Source of the DNA: Nitrospirota bacterium
GTDB lineage: Bacteria; Nitrospirota; Nitrospiria; Nitrospirales; NS-4
NCBI GenBank assembly: GCA_963788195.1
Contig: CAWBGA010000008.1
Span: forward strand, 49,864-113,863
Length of the DNA stretch: 64,000 nt
Reading direction: 5' to 3'
A program made the position numbers and the translations under genes. Shown in pieces: positions 1 to 7,659 of this stretch; the stretch's first letter is position 1, and the number at the start of each line of letters is the position of its first letter. Under the pieces are notes generated by a model. The model did no database searches, had not been told where the DNA came from, and was given only the letters and a program-made list of their open reading frames with translations.

Positions 1-1864
1 TAACGGCGAAGGCGTGGCGCACTGGTTCCACTGCACCGCCAATGGTCGCGGAGCGGCAATGGTGGTGATCATTACCGGGAACGTCGGCAAGTTCGGCGCG
101 GGGCAGTATACCTGGGCAGGCAACTTTAAGACCGGTATTCCACACGGCACGCCGTGGTCCGGGGTGGGCATCGGGGCCTGGGGCGCCGAAGACTCTTGGA
201 ACCTGAATCTTAACGCGAACGCGCATGGCAAAGAAGTCGTGACGAAGTACTACGCCTATGGCGAAGAGCCGGCGTACTGGAACCATGGCGACCGGGCGCT
301 GATCGTGAACACCCCGAAGTACGGACGTAAGGTGTTCACGGGCAAGACCCACATGCCGACGCCGACCAAGGTCCAGTGGACCGTGAACGTAAACATCCTG
401 AACAACGCGAAGTACCACTACGACATGGTCAAAAACGTGGATCCGAGCTGCGAATGCATCGTGGTCCAGGATCTGGAGATGACGTCGGGAGTGAACTACG
501 CGGATGTTGCGTTTGCCATCAACTCGTGGATGGAGTTCACCTATCCCGAGATTACCGCCACCTGTTCAAATCCGTGGTGGCAGATGTGGAAAGGCGGCAT
601 CAAGCCTCTGTATGACACCAGGAACGACTTGGACTGCTATGTCGGCGTGGCCCAAAAGTGGACCGAGATGAGCGGCGACAAGCGGTTCGTGGATACCTGG
701 AAGTTCGTCATCGAAAACAAGGTCGATGTGTACATCCAGCGGGTGCAGGACGCGTCGTCCACCCTCTACGGCTACAACGCAAAGACTATTCTCCAGTCGG
801 AGAAGGGCTGGTTTGTCATGGTCCGGACGTATCCTCGGATGCCGTTCTGGGAGCATGTCAACGAGGCCAAGCCGATGTGGACCCGTACCGGTCGGTTTGA
901 GAATTACCGGGTCGAGCCCGAGTGCATCGAGTACGGCGAAAACTTCATCGTGCACCGGGAGGACCCGGAAGGCACGCCGTACCTGCCGAACGTCATCATC
1001 AGCACCAACCCGCATGTACGCCCGGATGACTACGGCATTCCGATCACGGCGATGCATCATGACGACCGTCATGTGCGCAACACCAAGCTGCCGTGGACGG
1101 AAGGGCGCAAGCACGTGAACCCGTTATGGGAGAAGGGGTATCAGTTCTACTGCGTCACCCCGAAGACCCGGCACCGGGTGCACAGCCAGTGGTCGGTCAA
1201 TGACTGGATCCAGATGTTCGAATCGAACTTCGGCGACCCCTACCGCATGGACAAGCGCACGCCGGGGGTCGGCGAGCATCAGATGCATGTGAATCCGATG
1301 GCCGCGAAGGACCGGGGCATTAACGACGGTGACTACATCTATGTGGACGCCAACCCCGCCGACCGGCCGTATCGCGGATGGAAGCCGAGCGATCCGTTCT
1401 ACAAGGTGAGCCGGCTGATGATCCGAGCCAAGTACAATCCGTCCTTCCCGTATACCGTGACGATGATGAAGCACGCGCCGTACGTGGCGACGCCGAAGTC
1501 GGTGAAGGGGCATGAGACCCGGCCGGACGGGCGGGCGATCGCGGCGGATACGGGCTATCAGAGCAACTTCCGCTATGGGGCGCAACAGTCGATCACGCGG
1601 TCCTGGCTGATGCCCATGCACCAGTTGGACTCGCTGCCGACGAAGAAGAAGCACGTCCATGCGCTCAAGTTCGGGTTTGAACCGGACAACCACGCAGTCA
1701 ACACGACACCGAAGTCGACGCTCGTCCGGATCCAGAAAGCGGAGGACGGCGGCATCGGAGCGCGGGGGCCATGGGAGCCGGTACGGACCGGGTTCACGCC
1801 GGCGCAGGAGAACGAATGGATGATTAAGTGGCTCAAGGGCGAGAGCATTAAGATCAAGGTCTAA
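1..1864 (+). CDS. nxrA: Nitrite oxidoreductase alpha subunit (Mo-bisPGD, DMSO reductase family), C-terminal part; 5' end lies outside the window
   Basis: Frame is open from base 2 (NGEGVAHWFH). Motifs TPKYGRKVFTGKTHMP, TPKTRHRVHSQW and the C-terminus EDGGIGARGPWEPVRTGFTP..WLKGE.IKIKV match Nitrospira-type NxrA. Directly followed by nxrB. Confidence 0.95.
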   Translation, partial: NGEGVAHWFHCTANGRGAAMVVIITGNVGKFGAGQYTWAGNFKTGIPHGTPWSGVGIGAWGAEDSWNLNLNANAHGKEVVTKYYAYGEEPAYWNHGDRALIVNTPKYGRKVFTGKTHMPTPTKVQWTVNVNILNNAKYHYDMVKNVDPSCECIVVQDLEMTSGVNYADVAFAINSWMEFTYPEITATCSNPWWQMWKGGIKPLYDTRNDLDCYVGVAQKWTEMSGDKRFVDTWKFVIENKVDVYIQRVQDASSTLYGYNAKTILQSEKGWFVMVRTYPRMPFWEHVNEAKPMWTRTGRFENYRVEPECIEYGENFIVHREDPEGTPYLPNVIISTNPHVRPDDYGIPITAMHHDDRHVRNTKLPWTEGRKHVNPLWEKGYQFYCVTPKTRHRVHSQWSVNDWIQMFESNFGDPYRMDKRTPGVGEHQMHVNPMAAKDRGINDGDYIYVDANPADRPYRGWKPSDPFYKVSRLMIRAKYNPSFPYTVTMMKHAPYVATPKSVKGHETRPDGRAIAADTGYQSNFRYGAQQSITRSWLMPMHQLDSLPTKKKHVHALKFGFEPDNHAVNTTPKSTLVRIQKAEDGGIGARGPWEPVRTGFTPAQENEWMIKWLKGESIKIKV

Positions 1865-1873
1865 GTCGGAACC

Positions 1874-1904
1874 AGGGACAGGCGGCGAACACGCGCCTGT
1901 CCCT
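1874..1904 (+). other. Intergenic stem-loop between nxrA and nxrB
   Basis: AGGGACAGGCG...CGCCTGTCCCT inverted repeat, just before the GGAGG RBS of nxrB. Confidence 0.6.
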
Positions 1905-1921
1905 CTTGAACGGAGGAACCC

Positions 1922-3211
1922 ATGCCGGAAGTCTATAACTGGCAGTTAGGCCGCAAGATGCTCTATCCCTATGAGGAGCGGCATCCGAAGTGGCAGTTTT
2001 CGTTTGCGTTCAACATCAATCGGTGTATTGCGTGTCAGACCTGTTCGATGGCGGACAAGTCGACGTGGCTGTTCTCGAAAGGACAGGAGTACATGTGGTG
2101 GAACAATGTGGAGACCAAGCCGTACGGCGGGTACCCCCAGTTCTACGACGTGAAGGTGGCCCAATTGGTGGAGCAGGTGAACCCGGGCGGGCAGGTGTGG
2201 AACACGCGGGTGGGGCGCAAGCACCATGCGCCCTACGGGGTGTTCGAGGGGTTCACGATCTTTGATGCGGGCGCCAAGATTGGGCAGGCGGCGATCGGGT
2301 ATATCCCGACGGACCAGGAATGGCGCTTTGTGAACATCTACGAGGACACGGCGACGTCGATGCGGGCCCTGGTGGATGGGAACGACAAGTCGGGGTTTTC
2401 GGCGGCGGAGCCCTGGAAGAGCCAAGGGGCGAGCCTGCCGGAGCACGAGACGTTCTTCTTCTATCTGCAGCGGATCTGCAATCACTGCACGTATCCGGGG
2501 TGTCTGGCGGCGTGTCCGCGCAAGGCGATCTACAAGCGCCCGGAGGACGGGATTGTGCTGATCGACCAGAACCGGTGCCGGGGCTATAAGAAGTGCGTGG
2601 AGCAGTGTCCGTACAAGAAGCCGATGTACCGGGGGACGACGCGGGTCAGTGAGAAGTGTATTGCGTGCTATCCGCGGGTGGAGGGCAAGGATCCGCTGAC
2701 GGGCGGGGAGCCGATGGAGACGCGGTGCATGGCGGCGTGCGTGGGCAAGATCCGCATGCAGGGGCTCAACAAGATCGGGGATGATGGGTTGTGGGCGGAG
2801 GATCGGTGGCATCCCTTGTACTACGCGATTCGCGTGGAGCAGGTGGCGTTGCCGCTGTATCCGCAGTGGGGGACGGAGCCCAACGGGTTCTATTTCCCGC
2901 CGCGCCATGCCCCGCGGGGCTACATCCGGCAGATGTTTGGGCCGGGGGTGGACAACGCGATCGACCGGTACATTGTGCCGAGCCGCGAGCTGTTGGCGGT
3001 GCTGCAGCTGTGGCGGGCGAGCCAGCAGATCTTGTTCCGGTACGACGTGATTCCGGGGCCGAAGGTGTTTGAGACCCAGATTCACGGGCGCAAGTTTGAG
3101 ATGTACAACGACACGGTGCTCGGGTTCAACAAGTCGGGCAAGGAGATCGTGCGCATCCAGGTGGAAGAGCCGATCTACATCCGCCCGGCCGAGCGCGTGA
3201 CCTGGCTGTAA
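1922..3211 (+). CDS. nxrB: Nitrite oxidoreductase beta subunit (Fe-S)
   Basis: 429 aa starting MPEVYNWQLGR. Four Fe-S motifs: CIACQTCSMAD (Asp in place of the fourth Cys), CNHCTYPGCLAAC, CRGYKKCVEQC, CIAC...CMAAC. GGAGG RBS. Confidence 0.97.
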   Translation: MPEVYNWQLGRKMLYPYEERHPKWQFSFAFNINRCIACQTCSMADKSTWLFSKGQEYMWWNNVETKPYGGYPQFYDVKVAQLVEQVNPGGQVWNTRVGRKHHAPYGVFEGFTIFDAGAKIGQAAIGYIPTDQEWRFVNIYEDTATSMRALVDGNDKSGFSAAEPWKSQGASLPEHETFFFYLQRICNHCTYPGCLAACPRKAIYKRPEDGIVLIDQNRCRGYKKCVEQCPYKKPMYRGTTRVSEKCIACYPRVEGKDPLTGGEPMETRCMAACVGKIRMQGLNKIGDDGLWAEDRWHPLYYAIRVEQVALPLYPQWGTEPNGFYFPPRHAPRGYIRQMFGPGVDNAIDRYIVPSRELLAVLQLWRASQQILFRYDVIPGPKVFETQIHGRKFEMYNDTVLGFNKSGKEIVRIQVEEPIYIRPAERVTWL

Positions 3212-3219
3212 GCGCAGGG

Positions 3220-3262
3220 GGGACGGTCCCTCTTTTTCGTCCAAGAAAAAGGGGACTGTCCC
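3220..3262. repeat. REP-doublet-like inverted repeat (GGGACRGTCCC family); may also act as the nxrAB terminator
   Basis: GGGACGGTCCCTCTTTTTC-gtccaa-GAAAAAGGGGACTGTCCC; each arm contains its own palindrome. Confidence 0.7.
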
Positions 3263-3288
3263 TTATATAGCCAGACTGACGGATCACA

Positions 3289-3322
3289 GGAGGGCGAGGT
3301 TCCGTAGAGGGATCTCGCCCTT
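3289..3322 (+). terminator. Second GC-rich stem-loop downstream of nxrB
   Basis: GGAGGGCGAGGTTCC-gtaga-GGGATCTCGCCCTT inverted repeat. Confidence 0.45.
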
Positions 3323-3490
3323 CGTGCTGATTGACGGGTCATCCACATGATGTGCGTTTCTGAGTTCGCCCTAAACCGGCTACCAGCACTGTCATGTTCT
3401 CCCCGTGATATTTCCAGACGGACGGACGGCGCTCTATTGGTTCTTGTGTAGGTCCCGCAGAATCCCAAACCTAGCCGGACAGGTAGAACC

Positions 3491-4378
3491 GTGATGCGAT
3501 ATCAGCTTCACACCATGCAAGGCTTGCTTCTGCTTGTCGCAGTGCTCGTCAGTGAAGCATCGGTGTTCGGAGCGCAGCAGGCCTTCAGGGATGAGCTCGG
3601 CCGGCTTATCTATACATTAGATGACGAGGGCACCGTCACGATGTACGAGAAAGGCCCCGCGGATCAGACGATTTCCATGTCAACGGGAACGCGGGAGCAA
3701 ATGCAGCCTCAAGTGACGGACGTTTCGCCGGACAAAGTAACGCCAGGAACCTTTACGATTCTCAAGATCAGCGGAAAGAATCTCGTGGGTGCGAAAGCAA
3801 AGTTCAGCGTTCCGGACATAGAAGTCAACCCTCACAGCGGCAAGCCCGATAGTATCGATCTTCCCATCCGAATCCCTGCGACCGTCCCTGCTGGCGAGGT
3901 CATGGTTGAATTGACAACTCCCATAGGCACAACAAAGACCAACATCAAGATCTCGGATTTGCAATTCGGCGGCTTCGGCTCTGCAAGACACGAGAAGCAG
4001 ACCTTTACCACCTCTGCGCCCTCCTCCTGTCCTCAGGGGATGATCGGCGTTGCCTATGAACTGGGTGGCTTCTGTATTGAGATGGACCGCAGCTTCACAG
4101 GAGATTACCGGAAAGCCGAAAAGGCCTGCGGGGCTGAGGGACGACGGTTGTGTCAGGCTTCGGAATGGCAGTTGGCCTGCGAGCAAGGCATGGCAGGCAA
4201 GCTTCCCGTGAAGAATATGACCGGCCAGGGGGAATGGACCGGCTCATGGGAGTCGACTGATTCTCCGGTGGGAGAGTCGCTCCTCCATTCCGTTGTATTA
4301 GGTAGAGACGACTGTAGCACGAAACTCACCATACCCTCCGGAAAACCAGGATCCTTTGCCGGGCGCTGCTGCAAGTAG
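3491..4378 (+). CDS. Secreted protein with an IPT/TIG-like domain and a Cys-rich C-terminal C-type-lectin/FGE-like domain
   Basis: Signal peptide; PQVTDVSPDK...LKISGKNL (IPT-like); CPQGM..FCIE..AEKAC..GRRLC..EWQLAC..GEW..RCC. Confidence 0.65.
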   Translation: MMRYQLHTMQGLLLLVAVLVSEASVFGAQQAFRDELGRLIYTLDDEGTVTMYEKGPADQTISMSTGTREQMQPQVTDVSPDKVTPGTFTILKISGKNLVGAKAKFSVPDIEVNPHSGKPDSIDLPIRIPATVPAGEVMVELTTPIGTTKTNIKISDLQFGGFGSARHEKQTFTTSAPSSCPQGMIGVAYELGGFCIEMDRSFTGDYRKAEKACGAEGRRLCQASEWQLACEQGMAGKLPVKNMTGQGEWTGSWESTDSPVGESLLHSVVLGRDDCSTKLTIPSGKPGSFAGRCCK

Positions 4379-4493
4379 CCCCCGGTCTTGACTCAACTCA
4401 AAGTTCCTTCTCTCTGCTCTTCGTGATAGATTTATGATAAGCCGACCTTCCGCTGAACAAGTGTACCGAGGACCGACCACAGGAGGAATTCTA

Positions 4494-5012
4494 ATGAGCA
4501 TGCGGACAGTAATCCTCGCAGGGCTCGTGGTTGCATCGCTTCTGGCGGGAAATCTCTTCGTTGAGGCCGCGCCGGCGAAGAAATTCAGGGTGCAAGTGAA
4601 TATCAACGGCCAGGAAGACGTGAAGGGAAGTCTTGCAAAGCTCGTGCAAGAAGAGTTCGCCCCAATTACGGATGTGGAGCTGGTGACGGAGAAGCCGGAG
4701 TTCTCGCTCGAACTCATCGGTGTGGCCCCCCGCAATGAGAAGAAGGAGCCCGTAGTGTTTCTCGTATCGATTCTCGGCTTGCAGCACTTTTCCAAGGAGT
4801 ACTGGAACAGCGTATACACGACCGTGTCGGAAGGCGTTCCGCAACGCCAGTCTGCGCAGATTGAAAAAGCCAAGCAGTCTCTCCTGACCGCCACGAAAGA
4901 TCTGGTTCGCAGGCAGTCCTACTATGTCGAGGGGGGCAATGACTTGCGCGAGATCGCCAAAAAAATTGTTGCCGCCTTCCGTGATCAACTCGACCCTCAT
5001 CGAAAGAAATAG
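4494..5012 (+). CDS. Secreted hypothetical protein
   Basis: AGGAGG RBS at 4481-4486, ATG at 4494, signal peptide ending near VEA. Confidence 0.7.
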   Translation: MSMRTVILAGLVVASLLAGNLFVEAAPAKKFRVQVNINGQEDVKGSLAKLVQEEFAPITDVELVTEKPEFSLELIGVAPRNEKKEPVVFLVSILGLQHFSKEYWNSVYTTVSEGVPQRQSAQIEKAKQSLLTATKDLVRRQSYYVEGGNDLREIAKKIVAAFRDQLDPHRKK

Positions 5013-5019
5013 CTCTGGC

Positions 5020-5811
5020 ATGCGATTCTTAGCCCCTTTGCTTTGCATGGGTGTACTTATCGGCACCCTCGCCCTGGCCGACCCATACGGCCCTCCGCAT
5101 GCGGTGACCGACATGGCGCCGTACTGCGCAAGCTGTCACGCCTCTACGAGCCTGGCGCAATTGTCGGACCTGCGTCCCGAGGCTGCTGTGTTGGAAACTA
5201 TCGAAGAAAAACATTTGAAGCACATTAAAAACGGAGCCGCCTATAAAGACTTGACTCGGACTGAGGCAGAAACCCTTCTTAAGGCAGTCCAGTGGACCGA
5301 CGAAAATGCCACGGTGACCATTCATGTCACCAACCTGGCTAAGCGCAATAGCCGCGTTGAAGTGACCGTCACCACCAGGGGAGGCTCAGGCCCAGTGATC
5401 GGCGTATCATTGGTGGATAGTATTTTGCGGTTCCAAGCCCGCCCGATCGGCTCGAGCGGCTTCGTAGTCCTTGGCCCTCCCCTGGTCGTCGGCCCCGATC
5501 GCAAGACGCAATCGGCCTGGATTGATCGTAGGGCGAGGGGTTCTGACTTGGGTCTGAGTACAATCATGATCACAGGAGTCAAGGGCGATGCCGTTACCCA
5601 ACAAGTCAGTGAGACTCGCACGACTTGGACCCTTCGGGCACCGCCCGAGCCCGGGACATACGCCATCGCCGCCGCATTTTATTATGGAACGGAAAAATCG
5701 CATCCGTTGGGTACTGTGATGCAAGACGGCCGCGTCATACCCAGAGGCGGCGTGAGCGGAGCAAGCGGCAGAGTCATGTTTTCTCAACTTGTAAAAATCA
5801 GTATCAACTAA
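5020..5811 (+). CDS. Secreted mono-heme c-type cytochrome with a C-terminal beta-rich domain
   Basis: Signal peptide MRFLAPLL...ALA; single CxxCH motif (CASCH). Confidence 0.7.
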   Translation: MRFLAPLLCMGVLIGTLALADPYGPPHAVTDMAPYCASCHASTSLAQLSDLRPEAAVLETIEEKHLKHIKNGAAYKDLTRTEAETLLKAVQWTDENATVTIHVTNLAKRNSRVEVTVTTRGGSGPVIGVSLVDSILRFQARPIGSSGFVVLGPPLVVGPDRKTQSAWIDRRARGSDLGLSTIMITGVKGDAVTQQVSETRTTWTLRAPPEPGTYAIAAAFYYGTEKSHPLGTVMQDGRVIPRGGVSGASGRVMFSQLVKISIN

Positions 5812-5861
5812 TACGACTTCTCGCTCCTATGAGGATCGCAAACGGGTTTGCTTGGCACCTC

Positions 5862-5888
5862 TCCGTTCGCCTGAGCTTGTCGAAGGGC
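5862..5888. repeat. Single arm of a small palindromic repeat (CTGAGCTTGTCGAAGG type)
   Basis: TCCGTTCGCCTGAGCTTGTCGAAGGGC resembles a widespread REP-like arm; its CTGAG..GAAG core is related to the element at 40082-40202. Confidence 0.4.
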
Positions 5889-5928
5889 TCTTAATAGGGT
5901 CACCACGAGCGATTGACTGATAAACGCC

Positions 5929-6612
5929 ATGGCGTTATCGTCCGACATGCTACCGTATCGAAAACCTGAGCTCGGCAAAGATTATTGGGTCAAGGACAAT
6001 ATTCTGCCCAATGCCTTGGAGATCGCCGAGCGGTGCTTCAACAAGTCCTCTTGGACGTTGGGCGCTCCTCTTCGGCATGAAGCATGGCCCGGGATGCGCG
6101 CTCCAGGCGCGCTCTTGCCCCACGAACTGGCTTCGATCGAAGCGTGGGTCACGGCCCAAATCGGAGTGCGAGCCCTACGTTCCCAGCAGGACCCTGTTGA
6201 AGGCGTATCGGGGCACAATCACGTCCAAATCGTGGCGGGCGGTGACGCCGTGGCTCGTCCTCACGTGGATTCCAGCCAACTTTGTGATTACGCGGGGGTA
6301 CTCTATCTGCATCCATATCCCCCGACCAAACACGCCGGCACCTCCTTCTTTCGTCTGAAACTTTCTGACGGTAGCCTCGGAGGCAACATCTGTCCGCCGC
6401 CGTATCATAGCCTCATCCAAGTCCCGGGCTTAGAGAAGGGCTCTGACTTGACCATGTGGGAAGAGGACGTCGAGGTGCCGTACGTCTTCAATCGCCTGCT
6501 GATCTACAAGTCAGACATCGTTCACTCTGCCACATCGTACTTCGGCTGGCATCATGAGCTGGGGTCACAGCGGATTGCTGTGGTGTTCTTCTGGAAGACG
6601 GTGCCGAGGTGA
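5929..6612 (+). CDS. 2OG-Fe(II) oxygenase-like protein (DUF6445-like)
   Basis: HxD motif (PHVD), YAGVLYL, GTSFF, FNRLLIY..DIVHSA (distal His), late Arg. Confidence 0.75.
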   Translation: MALSSDMLPYRKPELGKDYWVKDNILPNALEIAERCFNKSSWTLGAPLRHEAWPGMRAPGALLPHELASIEAWVTAQIGVRALRSQQDPVEGVSGHNHVQIVAGGDAVARPHVDSSQLCDYAGVLYLHPYPPTKHAGTSFFRLKLSDGSLGGNICPPPYHSLIQVPGLEKGSDLTMWEEDVEVPYVFNRLLIYKSDIVHSATSYFGWHHELGSQRIAVVFFWKTVPR

Positions 6613-7659
6613 TTGATCTCCGCAGCGATACCGTCACCAAGCCTTCTGCCGGGATGCGCGAGGCGATAGCGCGAGCGGAAGTCGGCGATGACGTCTTCGG
6701 TGAAGACCCCACAGTGAATCGATTGCAGGAAATGGCGGCGGGTTTATTGGGCAAAGAAGCGGCGCTGTTCGTGCCGTCCGGCACGATGGCAAACCAGCTT
6801 GCAGTACGTCTGCACATCAAACCCCGGCGATGAGATGATCGTGGAGGCCGGATCGCACGTGGTCCGCTACGAGAGCGGAGCCGCTGCGGGTTTGTCGGGC
6901 GTTCAGACCTGCTGGCTACCCGGCAACCGGGGCATTCTTGAAGCCGAACAGATCGAGGCCGCGATCCGGCCCTGCGATTACCATAATCCGCCCACTACCC
7001 TGATCTGCCTGGAGAATACGCACAATCGCGGTGGAGGCTCGATTTACCCGCTCGCTACGATCGCGGCGATTCGGAAAATCGCCGACGCCCGTGGGATCGC
7101 TATGCATTTAGATGGCGCCCGTCTGTTTAACGCCGTCGTCGCGACCGGCATTCCGGCCGCCGAATATGCCCGGTCCTTTGAGACCGTCTCCTTCTGTTTA
7201 TCGAAAGGGCTTGGCGCACCGGTAGGCTCGTTGATCTGCTCTGACGCCAGCCGCATCGGTAAACTCCGCCGGTTGCGAAAAATGTTTGGCGGCGGCATGC
7301 GCCAAGTGGGAATTATCGCGGCGGCGGGCCTCTACGCGCTCGAACACAATATCCAGCGGCTCGCGGAGGACCATCGTCATGCGAAACAACTCGCCGATGC
7401 GCTCGTCGGACTGCCGGGCGTGCGGATCACACCCGAGCATGTCGAGACCAACATCGTGGTGTTCGATATCAGTGAGACCTGGGGCACGGCTGAGGATGTG
7501 CTGGGCAGACTGAAGGCTGAAGGCCTCTTACTCGTATCCTTTGGCCCCACGACCCTTCGCGCGGTGACGCACCTGGACGTTCCAACCAGTCAGATTGAGC
7601 AAGCCTGCGCCATCCTGAAGAAGGTCTTCACGCTCATCTTTAACCGCTCATCTCTCTGA
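6609..7659 (+). CDS. ltaE: Low-specificity L-threonine aldolase (PLP), split by a +1 frameshift near 6820
   Basis: [21 protein letters not shown] and SGTMANQ lie in one frame; [16 protein letters not shown] and CLSKGLGAP lie in the next. Extra base in the AAACCCCGG run. Confidence 0.9.

Noticed and set aside
1946..3244. Long antisense ORFs opposite nxrB, atpD (14702-15823), atpA (17118-18497) and the GH13 gene (60953-62065)
   Set aside because: These are shadow frames caused by high-GC codon bias, with no recognisable motifs.
4030..4378. Diversity-generating retroelement target (C-type lectin fold)
   Set aside because: No template repeat or reverse transcriptase was seen in the window.
6609..7659. 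ltaE and atpG as true pseudogenes
   Set aside because: Each has a single indel in a short base run and no other clear decay, and atpG is essential.
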